A stretch of DNA of 64,000 bases, from assembly GCA_045106175.1 (NCBI GenBank), contig JBGCEF010000033.1, positions 5,319 through 69,318 on the forward strand. The letters are read 5' to 3'. This DNA is from Bdellovibrionales bacterium. Lineage in GTDB: Bacteria > Pseudomonadota > Alphaproteobacteria > Micavibrionales > Micavibrionaceae. The notes below the pieces were generated by a model. It had not been told where the DNA came from, made no database searches, and saw only the letters and a program-made list of their open reading frames with translations. Shown piece by piece: positions 17,104-25,701 of this stretch. Position numbers and translations under genes: made by a program. Every line of letters starts with the position of its first letter. The first letter of the stretch is position 1.

Positions 17104-17637
17104 ATGTCTGCGTCATCTGATTTTATTTCTATGCAAGCTGTTGTCGATTTGCTTGCACAGTTGGAACATCAATATCAAGCGATGACGGCAGATTTTAATG
17201 ATTTTGCAAAAACAAATACAGGTGTTGAGTGTGTAAAAAGTCTTATTGGCGGTCAGTTTCGTGTTGCTTGTCATGATTTTGTTGGCATTAAAGTGACAGA
17301 AGCCGAGGAGGGGCTTGTCAGGGCGGTTTATAAGCCGCAGTGGTTTCAGAATAATTCTTTTGGAACAACGCAAGGTGGCTCTTTGGCTGTGCCGTTAGAT
17401 GGTATTGTCACGCTTGCGGGGCGTACGCTTGTTGGTGAAGGGCAGACGGCAGTGACAAGGGGCCTTAATGTATCTTATAAAAAACCTGTTTCTTCTGAAA
17501 CTTCTGGTGTTCTTGCCGTTTTTGGTCAGGCATATCGTGGCGGAAGGGACATTTTTAGCCATGGGTGGTTGCAAGATGAATCTGGTTCAAGGGTTGCGAC
17601 GGCGACTGCTGAAATTTTGGTTCGAGACTTGGGGTAA
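17104..17637 (+). CDS. Hotdog-fold thioesterase-like protein (PaaI-like, tentative)
   Basis: 177 aa. GTTQGGSLAVPLDGIVTLAG resembles the G.xHGG...L.D motif of PaaI-family thioesterases. This is a weak motif-level call. Confidence 0.45.
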   Translation: MSASSDFISMQAVVDLLAQLEHQYQAMTADFNDFAKTNTGVECVKSLIGGQFRVACHDFVGIKVTEAEEGLVRAVYKPQWFQNNSFGTTQGGSLAVPLDGIVTLAGRTLVGEGQTAVTRGLNVSYKKPVSSETSGVLAVFGQAYRGGRDIFSHGWLQDESGSRVATATAEILVRDLG

Positions 17638-17640
17638 TCT

Positions 17641-18225
17641 ATGCAAGATAGTTTAATTTTTGGTGATGATGGTTTTTCACGATGTTATTGGTGTGGAGAT
17701 GATCCGCTTTATGTGACCTATCATGACGAAGAATGGGGGAAGCCTGTTACGGATGATGTACGTCTTTTTGAGAAGATTTGCTTAGAGGGCTTTCAAGCGG
17801 GTTTAAGTTGGATTACGATTTTACGAAAGCGGGAAAATTTTCGTGTTGCTTTTGAGGGGTTTAATTTTAATAAGGTTCGTTATTACAACGAAAAAGACGT
17901 ACAGCGTTTATTGGATAATGCAGGTATTATACGCCATCGTGGAAAGATTGAAGCGACGATTAATAATGCTTCGTGTGCCATCAAGATGGTTGAGGAATTT
18001 GGGTGTTTATCGGATTATTTTTGGACGTATAAGCCAGAGCATCATCAAAGGCCTCTATCAAGAGCGGATGTTCAGTCAACAAGCAAAGAATCAAAGGCAA
18101 TGTCGCAAGACCTTAAAAAACGCGGTTGGAAATTTGTGGGGCCGACAACATGTTATGCCTTTATGCAAGCTATGGGTTTGGTGAATGATCATATTGTAGG
18201 GTGTGATTTTTTTGAGCAGGAGTAG
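17641..18225 (+). CDS. tag: DNA-3-methyladenine glycosylase I
   Basis: CYWCGDDPLYVTYHDEEWGKP...LFEKICLEGFQAGLSWITILRKRENFRVAF is the canonical Tag N-terminal region. Confidence 0.93.
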   Translation: MQDSLIFGDDGFSRCYWCGDDPLYVTYHDEEWGKPVTDDVRLFEKICLEGFQAGLSWITILRKRENFRVAFEGFNFNKVRYYNEKDVQRLLDNAGIIRHRGKIEATINNASCAIKMVEEFGCLSDYFWTYKPEHHQRPLSRADVQSTSKESKAMSQDLKKRGWKFVGPTTCYAFMQAMGLVNDHIVGCDFFEQE

Positions 18226-19338
18226 GTGATGCGACTGATTTTGTCTTTTTTGTGTTTGTGTTTTGCTTTGCCTGTGTTTGCTCAGGATTTGCAGAGATCC
18301 CAGCATCATGCGTTTAAAGTGGTGTTGGTTGCGGATGCACTTGAATTTCCCTGGGGTATGGCGTTTTTGCCGAGTGGTGATGTGTTGGTTACAGAAAAAC
18401 CAGGACGATTGTTGCGTGTTGATGTTTTGAGTGGTGAGAAAAATGTGATTGATAACGTGCCGAATGTTGCCTTTGAAGGGCAGGGCGGGTTGTTGGATGT
18501 GATGGTACATCCCCATTTTGAGAATAATCAGGAGATTTTCCTTTCTTATTCAGCCGAAGATGACGGGCGATTTGGAACAGAGGCTGTACGTGCGCGATTA
18601 AAAGATGATGCGTTGGTGGATGTGGAGAGAATTTTTGTTGCTGATCCAAAAGTTAAAGGCGGTCGGCATTTTGGCTCGCGATTTCTTTGGGGTGAGGATG
18701 ATAAGGTTTATATAACGTTGGGAGATCGCGGGCAGCGTCATTTTGCACAAGATCCTAGTAATCACATTGGGTCGACAATTCGGATTAATCCCGATGGAAG
18801 CATTCCTGAAGATAATCCATTTGTTGGGCATAAGACGTATAGGCCTGAGATTTTTACGTATGGAAACCGTAATGTACAAGGAATTGCGCTTTATCCTGAT
18901 GGTAAGGATATTTGGTCGCATGAACATGGGCCGCGCGGCGGGGATGAAGTAAATATTTTAAAGAGTGGTGGTAATTATGGTTGGCCGGAGGTGACGTACG
19001 GGCGGGAATATTATGGTTTAGCAATTACAGATCAACGCAGTGCGCCGGGAATGGTGGATTCTATTCTTCATTGGACGCCGTCGATTGCGCCATGTGGGAT
19101 GGCGTTTTATACAGGTGATGCTTTTGATGCGTGGCGAGGGGATGTGTTTGTTGGTTCGCTTAAAGATACGCATTTGCGGCGTTTGGATGTTAATGCGGCA
19201 GGTGAGATCATTGGTCAGGAGATATTGCTTCAGGATATGGGGGAGCGTATTCGCGATGTTGAAAATGGGCCAGACGGGTTTTTATATGTTTTGAGCGATA
19301 GTCACGATGCGCAACTTTTGAGGCTTGAGCCGCAATAG
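18226..19338 (+). CDS. PQQ-dependent soluble sugar (aldose/sorbosone) dehydrogenase, YliI-like
   Basis: Signal peptide followed by GGLLDV..HPHF, GGRHFGSR and GDRG blocks of the beta-propeller glucose/sorbosone dehydrogenase family. The ATG at 18229 is an alternative start. Confidence 0.85.
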   Translation: MMRLILSFLCLCFALPVFAQDLQRSQHHAFKVVLVADALEFPWGMAFLPSGDVLVTEKPGRLLRVDVLSGEKNVIDNVPNVAFEGQGGLLDVMVHPHFENNQEIFLSYSAEDDGRFGTEAVRARLKDDALVDVERIFVADPKVKGGRHFGSRFLWGEDDKVYITLGDRGQRHFAQDPSNHIGSTIRINPDGSIPEDNPFVGHKTYRPEIFTYGNRNVQGIALYPDGKDIWSHEHGPRGGDEVNILKSGGNYGWPEVTYGREYYGLAITDQRSAPGMVDSILHWTPSIAPCGMAFYTGDAFDAWRGDVFVGSLKDTHLRRLDVNAAGEIIGQEILLQDMGERIRDVENGPDGFLYVLSDSHDAQLLRLEPQ

Positions 19339-19343
19339 GCTAT

Positions 19344-19376
19344 AAAAAAAGCCGCACATGGATGCGCGGCTTTTTT
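19344..19376. terminator. Bidirectional rho-independent terminator between convergent genes
   Basis: AAAAAAAGCCGCACATGGATGCGCGGCTTTTTT: a GC-rich hairpin flanked by an A-run and a T-run, between the dehydrogenase (+) and yegP-like (-) stops. Confidence 0.8.
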
Positions 19377-19395
19377 AGAATTTGTTTTGGATCAA

Positions 19396-19770
19396 TTAAG
19401 CGGCTTTTGCTGCTTCTGTTTGATCATCGATTTCAGCGATTTCAGCATTTTTCTTCACTGACTCGATACCGTTGAGAGCACCGCTGCGTGATGCGTAGCC
19501 TTGTGATGACAAAATAACTTCACCGTTTGTAGCGGTAAGGTTGAAGTATGTCTTGCCGTCTTTGCCTTCTTTTGTTTCGAATTTTGGGTTCTTTTCACCA
19601 TCAGCTTCTGCTTTTGGTGCATTTTTTTGTACTGATGCAATTCCGTTTTCAGCAGATGCTTTTGCTTTGTACATTTCTGACTTACCGATTGGTTCGCCAT
19701 TACCGGCAGTCAAAGTGAAATATGTTTGACCGTCTTTTGCTGTTTTTAAAATAAATGATGGGTGTGCCAT
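19396..19770 (-). CDS. YegP/DUF1508 tandem-domain protein
   Basis: Two repeats of the DUF1508 pattern (KDGQTYFTLTAGNGEPIGKSEMY...; KDGKTYFNLTATNGEVILSSQGY...). The start is set at MAHPSF, preceded by GGAG. The track ORF extends to 19836. Confidence 0.85.
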   Translation of the reverse strand: MAHPSFILKTAKDGQTYFTLTAGNGEPIGKSEMYKAKASAENGIASVQKNAPKAEADGEKNPKFETKEGKDGKTYFNLTATNGEVILSSQGYASRSGALNGIESVKKNAEIAEIDDQTEAAKAA

Positions 19771-19898
19771 GTCTTTAATCTCCAAAGTTAGTAGTGGTAC
19801 GCGTATATAGATGCAAATCTGGGGGGCTTGAGTCAAGAAAACTCTTAAAAAGCTTAAAGGGCTTTGGCATTTTAGTGATCAGATGATATGATTTTTTT

Positions 19899-20657
19899 AT
19901 GAATAAAAAAGCACAGTCAGAAGGCGGGAATGCCTCAAATAACTCATTAATTAATGCGACGAAAAGTCGTGCAAATTTCTCTGGTCATGGAGGCTCTCTG
20001 GGAGCTTCTGGTTATCGTGTTGCAGCGAATAATCCGGATAATTGTGAATTTTTGAATGAGCCTGGTCAGAATATTGCCATCAACTGTGGTGACAATGGTT
20101 TCGAGGATATTTTGATAGGTGTGGAGTGGGATAACACGCATGTTCAAGATGTTGGTTTTTTCCAGAAACTTTTAAAACGTGTTCAAAAAGAAGGTGTTGA
20201 TTTGGATATTGGCTGTCTTTACGAGATGGCGGATGGAACACGTGGAGCTATTCAAGCTTTTGGTGAAAAATTTGGCTCGTTTGACGCGCCGCCTTACATT
20301 TCCTTGTCAGGAGATGAGCGTACAGGTGATGCGGAAGGGCATGATGAGTTTTTGCTGGTTAATGGTCAGCATTGGAATGATATTAAGCGGCTTTTGGTTT
20401 ATATCTACATTTATGAAGGTGCGCCGAGCTGGAGCGAGATTAATCCGCAGATTATTTTGGATGTGCCGGGTGAAAATGATTTGGTTGTTACACTAGGGGC
20501 GCATAATGATCATCTTTGTTTATGTGCGGTTGGTGGTATAGAGAATATCCGCGGCGGTATTAAATTGACTAATTACACTGAATATTTCCCCGGGCATGCG
20601 GAAATGGACCGTGCGTTTGGCTTTGGGCTTGATTGGGCTGATGGGACAAAAGATTAA
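19899..20657 (+). CDS. TerD-domain protein (tellurium-resistance/Ca-binding fold), with N-terminal extension
   Basis: VDLDIGCLYE, SGDERTGDAEGHDEFLLVN and IKRLLVYIYIYEG match the TerD-domain pattern (DLD...GDxxTGxGxGDDE...IxxIxxxxxIY). Confidence 0.75.
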   Translation: MNKKAQSEGGNASNNSLINATKSRANFSGHGGSLGASGYRVAANNPDNCEFLNEPGQNIAINCGDNGFEDILIGVEWDNTHVQDVGFFQKLLKRVQKEGVDLDIGCLYEMADGTRGAIQAFGEKFGSFDAPPYISLSGDERTGDAEGHDEFLLVNGQHWNDIKRLLVYIYIYEGAPSWSEINPQIILDVPGENDLVVTLGAHNDHLCLCAVGGIENIRGGIKLTNYTEYFPGHAEMDRAFGFGLDWADGTKD

Positions 20658-20746
20658 AACTCTGCCTTTGTTTAGCTCTTTTGTTTATGCATGATACCAG
20701 TTACAGTAATTTTTACTGATTAATTCTTTTCAATCTCAGGTCTTTC

Positions 20747-21727
20747 ATGGATTTTTCTTTGTTTTCACAACTTTTAGTGCCGCTGGCGATGATGCTGGCT
20801 GGAATTGCGTTGTTGGTTCAGGGCGGTAATTGGACTGTTGATGGGGCGGTTTATGTTGCGCATAAATTTGGTATTTCTCCCCTGGTTGTAGGTTTTACGA
20901 TTATTGCGTTTGGAACGTCTTTACCTGAATTGCTGATTTCTGTATTTGCAAATCTACGTGGATCGGGCGGTATTGCTTTGGGTAATGTTTTGGGGTCCAA
21001 CATTGCTAATATTCTCCTTGTGATTGGTGTGAGCGCTGTGATGGCGCCATTGATTGGCAAATCTCAAGCCGTTTTGCGTGATTTATTTATGATGATTTTA
21101 ATGACCGGTTTGCTGGCCTTTTTAATGCAATATGGTGTGATTGACCGGGTTGCAGGGTTTGGGATGATTGCCATTTTGTTTGGGTATGTGTTTTTTCAAT
21201 ATAAATCAGCAAAAGCAGATAATGAAATTCCACAAGAAGCGGAAGATGTTCCCGATTATTCAAAGCCGATTTTTGCGTATGCATTTTTGTTGATTGGAAT
21301 GATTGCGATTGCTGGGGGTGCAGAGTTTTTAGTGCGGGGGGCAAGTGCGAGCGCAAATATTATTGGTGTGCCTGAAGCCGTAATCGCGTTGAGCATTATT
21401 GCGTTAGGCACTTCCCTGCCTGAGCTTTCTACGTGTGTCATTGCAGTGCGTAAAGGCCATAGCGATATTGTTTTGGGAAATATTATTGGATCGAATGTAT
21501 TTAATATTTTGATGATTCTTGGGTTTACAGCATTGGTAAAGCCGATTGCACAGGGATCATTTGCGCCACAATTAGTTAATTTTGATATTTGGATTACTGT
21601 TTTGGTAAGCGTTATTTTTGCTCTATTGCTTGTTTTTACTGGTAAAATTGGTCGTGTTACAGGTTTTGTTTTCTGCGCGGCCTATATTGTTTATAATATT
21701 TATATATATGCCCTTTATATTGGTTAG
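20747..21727 (+). CDS. Ca2+/Na+ antiporter (CaCA family, YrbG-like)
   Basis: 326-aa polytopic protein with the duplicated alpha-repeat signature GTSLPEL (twice) and GNVLGSNIANILL / GNIIGSNVFNILM. Confidence 0.9.
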   Translation: MDFSLFSQLLVPLAMMLAGIALLVQGGNWTVDGAVYVAHKFGISPLVVGFTIIAFGTSLPELLISVFANLRGSGGIALGNVLGSNIANILLVIGVSAVMAPLIGKSQAVLRDLFMMILMTGLLAFLMQYGVIDRVAGFGMIAILFGYVFFQYKSAKADNEIPQEAEDVPDYSKPIFAYAFLLIGMIAIAGGAEFLVRGASASANIIGVPEAVIALSIIALGTSLPELSTCVIAVRKGHSDIVLGNIIGSNVFNILMILGFTALVKPIAQGSFAPQLVNFDIWITVLVSVIFALLLVFTGKIGRVTGFVFCAAYIVYNIYIYALYIG

Positions 21728-21738
21728 ACATTTTATTT

Positions 21739-22386
21739 TTGAGGATTGCCGTGGTTGATATTTTTGATACACGATTTGAAGATCAGGACGTTGATGTAGA
21801 CAATTTTGTCGCGCTTGGTGACGAAGTGAACATTAATGAGAAAGACCCGACCTTAAAGCGTATTTTGATTGGTTCAGGTTGGGATACGAATGCGTTTAAT
21901 GCTGATGTTGTCGATGCAGATATCAGTTTGTTTTTATTAAATAATGATGAGATGACGCGCATTGATGAGGATTTTGTCTTTTATAATCAAAAAGAGGCTA
22001 ATAACGGTGCTATCCGTCATCATGGTGATAGCCGAACAGGTGCAGGTGACGGTGATGATGAAACGATTTCCGTTTTTCTTGAAGGTGTCCCGTTTGATGT
22101 TATGCAGATTATGATTGTTCTAACGATCTATCGTGGTTTCGAAAAAGAACAGAATGTTAGTATGATTCGTAATGCGTATATTCGTATTGTGAATGAAGAG
22201 AACAATTATGAGATTGTTCGCTATAAATTGGATCCCGATATTAAAGACCGAACGGAGACGGGCGTTCTTGCCGCGACGCTTAATCGTGAAGGACCAAAAT
22301 GGCACTTTAAACCTTTGGCAGAATTTTATCCGAATGGATTGCCTGAAATTGCCTCGAAATACGGTATTATTGTGAAAGAGCAATAG
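21739..22386 (+). CDS. TerD family protein
   Basis: ILIGSGWD, DADISLFLL, DFVFYNQ and HHGDSRTGAGDGDDETISVFL (the canonical TerD Ca-binding motif), then MQIMIVLTIY. The start codon is uncertain (TTG 21739 or GTG 21751). Confidence 0.85.
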   Translation: MRIAVVDIFDTRFEDQDVDVDNFVALGDEVNINEKDPTLKRILIGSGWDTNAFNADVVDADISLFLLNNDEMTRIDEDFVFYNQKEANNGAIRHHGDSRTGAGDGDDETISVFLEGVPFDVMQIMIVLTIYRGFEKEQNVSMIRNAYIRIVNEENNYEIVRYKLDPDIKDRTETGVLAATLNREGPKWHFKPLAEFYPNGLPEIASKYGIIVKEQ

Positions 22387-22392
22387 GTACGA

Positions 22393-22977
22393 TTATTTTT
22401 TCATACCCAGTAGTTGGCCCGGTTTGATATTAGGTGATTTACGTCCTATGCGGCCGCGTTTCCCCCCGCCATAAAAGCTGTCATCCTTCATGTTTTCATC
22501 AATAAGATCATCAAAATCGGGGATTTCACCCATTTGAAGAGATTCTATAGTCGCGCGGAAGAGGTCACATCCTTTGCCTTCCCAATCATGGAATTCGTTG
22601 ACGTAGCTTTTGTCATTTACGCGGAGTTGCTTTGGCCCCCATTGATTTTGTACAGCTGAGTCGGCACGCATCCACAAGACTTGTTTGCGCCCGCCCGGAG
22701 GTACTTTATTCGCACCCTCACTTTTATTTTCATTAGGGTCTGGGATTTCCATGCTTCCCGCGCCGCCGCCTTCGTCTTCGTCTTCTTCTTCGGCGTCGTC
22801 ATCGCGTAATAGCTGGATTTCGGCTTCTAAATCTTCTCCTGCTGTTCCCATACGTACCTCTGCACTGCAGGTGATGCCCTTTGATTCATCATAATGAACC
22901 CATGGCATCGTCTCGTATGGAGACATAACGTAGTTTACGCCCAACTTTTCTAATAATTCTTCAAGCTCAACACGCAT
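22393..22977 (-). CDS. Hypothetical protein with central poly-acidic tract
   Basis: 194-aa ORF with good coding appearance. It contains a DDDAEEEDEDEGGG tract and a basic C-terminus (GGGKRGRIGRKSPNIKPG). I recognise no family. Confidence 0.6.
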   Translation of the reverse strand: MRVELEELLEKLGVNYVMSPYETMPWVHYDESKGITCSAEVRMGTAGEDLEAEIQLLRDDDAEEEDEDEGGGAGSMEIPDPNENKSEGANKVPPGGRKQVLWMRADSAVQNQWGPKQLRVNDKSYVNEFHDWEGKGCDLFRATIESLQMGEIPDFDDLIDENMKDDSFYGGGKRGRIGRKSPNIKPGQLLGMKK

Positions 22978-23135
22978 GAAAGAAAGCTATCCTTTTCTTA
23001 CTAGGCCGCGATATTACTTAAGTTTAGCACTATTGTCAGCCAAAAGGTTAGAATTGATTGAAAAACATGATTGTTTAAAGTCATTGTGCAATAGAGTATA
23101 ATAAATAATCAAAACAATCTTTGGCTTTAATTCAC

Positions 23136-24218
23136 ATGATCAGACTTTTTATTTTTAGCGCGTTGCTTTTATCGACAGGGTTTTTAAGTTCGCCTGTTAT
23201 TGCACAAGATTCCCCGACTGCTGCGGCGCAAGCACGCGTTTTTAAAAGCAAGATGTTTGCTGTTAATGCAGGTCAGCTTAAGGCGGGTAACTTGGATGTT
23301 TTGATTTGGGGCGTTAGACAACCGGATAATCTGTCTGGTGAGATTTCAGAAAAAGGTCGTATTTTTCTTGATGATATTATCAATAACCAAAATGTTGAAT
23401 GCCAGTTAAAAGAAAAAGACGGTATGCGTGTAACAGCGCAGTGTTCGAATTTTGAAGGACAAGATATTGGTCTTTCGATGCTGCGTTCTGGGTATGTAAG
23501 CGCGGAGCGTTCGGCGGTGAGTGATAGTGTTTTTGAGCAGCCTTATTTGCAGGCCGAGAAAGAAGCTCTTAAAAAAGCCATTGGATTATGGGGTAATGAT
23601 CAATCGTCGTCTGATATTGGGCAGTTCTCAATGAATGTCATTGTGATCACTATTATTGTTTTGGTTTTGATACTTAGTGTTTTTGGGTTGCTTGTGTTCA
23701 TTATTATGCGTGGATTTAGAACTGTTATTGCGTCACAGGAAAAGAGCCAGGACATTTTGGAACGCGAGCGCAAAATTCGTGATAAAGAGCGTTCAGTTGT
23801 TGCGAGCATGTTGGATGCAGAGATTAAAGCCAACAAATCCAAAATTGATGCTTATATTGCTGTTTATGAAGAAATGATGAGCGATCTTACCAATCCTCAG
23901 AGACAGCCAAAATATAAGAAGGTTGGTGATATTGTACAAAGTCAGCCATCACTGGAGCGCGCTGTTTTTGATCGTAATACAGATAAAATGGATATTTTAG
24001 ATAAAGAGCTTTCTGCAAAAGTGATTCATTTTTATGCGCAGATTAATGCAAAGCCTAACTATGTTAATTTAGAGCCAGATACCCCGATAGAAGAGGCGAA
24101 GACACTTGTTCAAGGTGGAATTGAAACAGCGCGACTGCTTAATAAATATGCGGATCAGTTGCTTGATGGTTTTCAACGTGCGGGGTTATCTGTTGATTTA
24201 ATGGGTTCGGATGAATAA
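23136..24218 (+). CDS. Membrane-anchored protein with N-terminal SNase-like (thermonuclease-fold) domain and C-terminal helical domain (tentative)
   Basis: Signal peptide, then VLIWGVRQPDN...GRIFLDDII...VECQ...GQDIGLSMLRSGYV, which resembles the SNc pattern VRL.GID.PE...G..A...L...G.D....ML..G.A. A TM helix follows (VIVITIIVLVLILSVFGLLVFII), then a charged helical tail. Catalytic residues are not clearly conserved. Confidence 0.4.
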   Translation: MIRLFIFSALLLSTGFLSSPVIAQDSPTAAAQARVFKSKMFAVNAGQLKAGNLDVLIWGVRQPDNLSGEISEKGRIFLDDIINNQNVECQLKEKDGMRVTAQCSNFEGQDIGLSMLRSGYVSAERSAVSDSVFEQPYLQAEKEALKKAIGLWGNDQSSSDIGQFSMNVIVITIIVLVLILSVFGLLVFIIMRGFRTVIASQEKSQDILERERKIRDKERSVVASMLDAEIKANKSKIDAYIAVYEEMMSDLTNPQRQPKYKKVGDIVQSQPSLERAVFDRNTDKMDILDKELSAKVIHFYAQINAKPNYVNLEPDTPIEEAKTLVQGGIETARLLNKYADQLLDGFQRAGLSVDLMGSDE

Positions 24219-24220
24219 TT

Positions 24221-25654
24221 TTAAAATAGACTTGTTTGCGATTCATTGTCAGCTTTTTTAGTCTTTTTCTTTTTTACTGGCGATGGGTTTTGAGTCAATG
24301 TCCCTGTTTGTACTGAGACAAATTCTTTATTTTGGAATTCTATATTAAGCGTTTCGTGCTTTTTCGCTGCGCTGGCTTGGGTGATGGGTTTGCCATGTTC
24401 ATCGCGTATCACACTGAAGCCGCGTTTTAGTGTTTTTTCATAGCTGCATGCTTCTAGCATTTTACCAAGGTAGTCCAGCGTTTGTGTTTGTTTTTGGATG
24501 GTTTTATCGCCGCTTGATCTTAGTTGTTCACCCCAACGTTCTAAGCGCGTTTTGGCATTGATTATAATATCGCGTGGATGCTTTAGCTTTGCATGGTTTG
24601 TGATTAATTTTTCACGTTTTTTGATTAGGAAGTTCTGAAACGCGCTTTCAATTTTTTCGGCATTATAGTCGAGCGATTGTGCTTTTAGGGTTAAGAGTTT
24701 TTCAGGGCTGCCGAGGCCGCGTTTTTGGGCCTCTAATTTATGTTTGTTTTCATTAAGAAATCTGGTTGTTGCGTTTATAAGACGTTTTTCGTTATCCAAG
24801 ATTTGCGCTAATAGATTGGCACGTACAGGTACAGCCATCTCAGCAGCGCCTGTTGGTGTTGGTGCGCGAAGATCTGCGGCGTAGTCGATTAATGTTGTAT
24901 CAGTTTCATGTCCGACGGCGGATATGATGGGGATTTGCGAGTTGGCGGCGGCGCGTACGACGTTTTCTTCGTTAAAGGCCATTAGGTCTTCTAGTGATCC
25001 GCCACCGCGGGCTACGATTAGAAGATCCGGCTTTGGTGTTTGTGTTCCATCCATTGCGTTGAAGCCATCGATGGCATCGGTGATCTGGTTGGCTGCGCCG
25101 TCTCCCTGTACCAAAACGGGCCATAATAAGACATGACTTGGCATACGATCGGCAAGGCGGTGCAGGATGTCGCGAATAACCGCCCCTGTGGGGGAGGTGA
25201 CGACCCCTATTGTTTTGGGGAGGAAGGGGAGTTGTTGTTTTTTCTCTTCTGCAAATAGGCCCTCTTGGGTCAGTTTTTTGCGGCGATCTTCAAGCATTTT
25301 TAGCAAGGCGCCTTCGCCAGCTAATTCCATTGATTCAATGATGAGCTGGTATTTAGAGCTTTTGGGGTAGCTTGAGATTTTCCCGATGCATATAACTTCT
25401 AAGCCCTCTTCGGGGCGAACGGATAAGCGGTTGATATTACCTTTCCAGCAGACGGCATCAATGACGGCATTATCATCTTTGAGTGATGAGTACATATGAC
25501 CAGAACCTGCTATGGATACGCGTGATAATTCACCGCGTACGCGCACGCGTCCGAAATTATCTTCCAAGGTTTTTTTAAGAGAAAAGGCTAGTTCGCCGAC
25601 AGAAAATTCGGGAACGTTTGATTTATGCGGTGTCTGGGGCTCGATCTCTTGCAT
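24221..25654 (-). CDS. xseA: Exodeoxyribonuclease VII large subunit
   Basis: 477 aa. N-terminal OB-fold region (VRVRGELS....GHMYSSLKD) and the IGVVTSPTGAVIRDI and RGGGSLEDL blocks. Confidence 0.92.
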   Translation of the reverse strand: MQEIEPQTPHKSNVPEFSVGELAFSLKKTLEDNFGRVRVRGELSRVSIAGSGHMYSSLKDDNAVIDAVCWKGNINRLSVRPEEGLEVICIGKISSYPKSSKYQLIIESMELAGEGALLKMLEDRRKKLTQEGLFAEEKKQQLPFLPKTIGVVTSPTGAVIRDILHRLADRMPSHVLLWPVLVQGDGAANQITDAIDGFNAMDGTQTPKPDLLIVARGGGSLEDLMAFNEENVVRAAANSQIPIISAVGHETDTTLIDYAADLRAPTPTGAAEMAVPVRANLLAQILDNEKRLINATTRFLNENKHKLEAQKRGLGSPEKLLTLKAQSLDYNAEKIESAFQNFLIKKREKLITNHAKLKHPRDIIINAKTRLERWGEQLRSSGDKTIQKQTQTLDYLGKMLEACSYEKTLKRGFSVIRDEHGKPITQASAAKKHETLNIEFQNKEFVSVQTGTLTQNPSPVKKKKTKKADNESQTSLF

Positions 25655-25701
25655 GGCTTGATGATAAGATATGACGTTACAAAAACAACTGTAAAGATTT
25701 T

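Noticed and set aside
18091-18516. 141-aa minus-strand ORF spanning the tag / sugar dehydrogenase junction.
   Set aside because: It overlaps two well-supported plus-strand genes. Its His/Gln/Thr-rich translation has no motif and is considered spurious.
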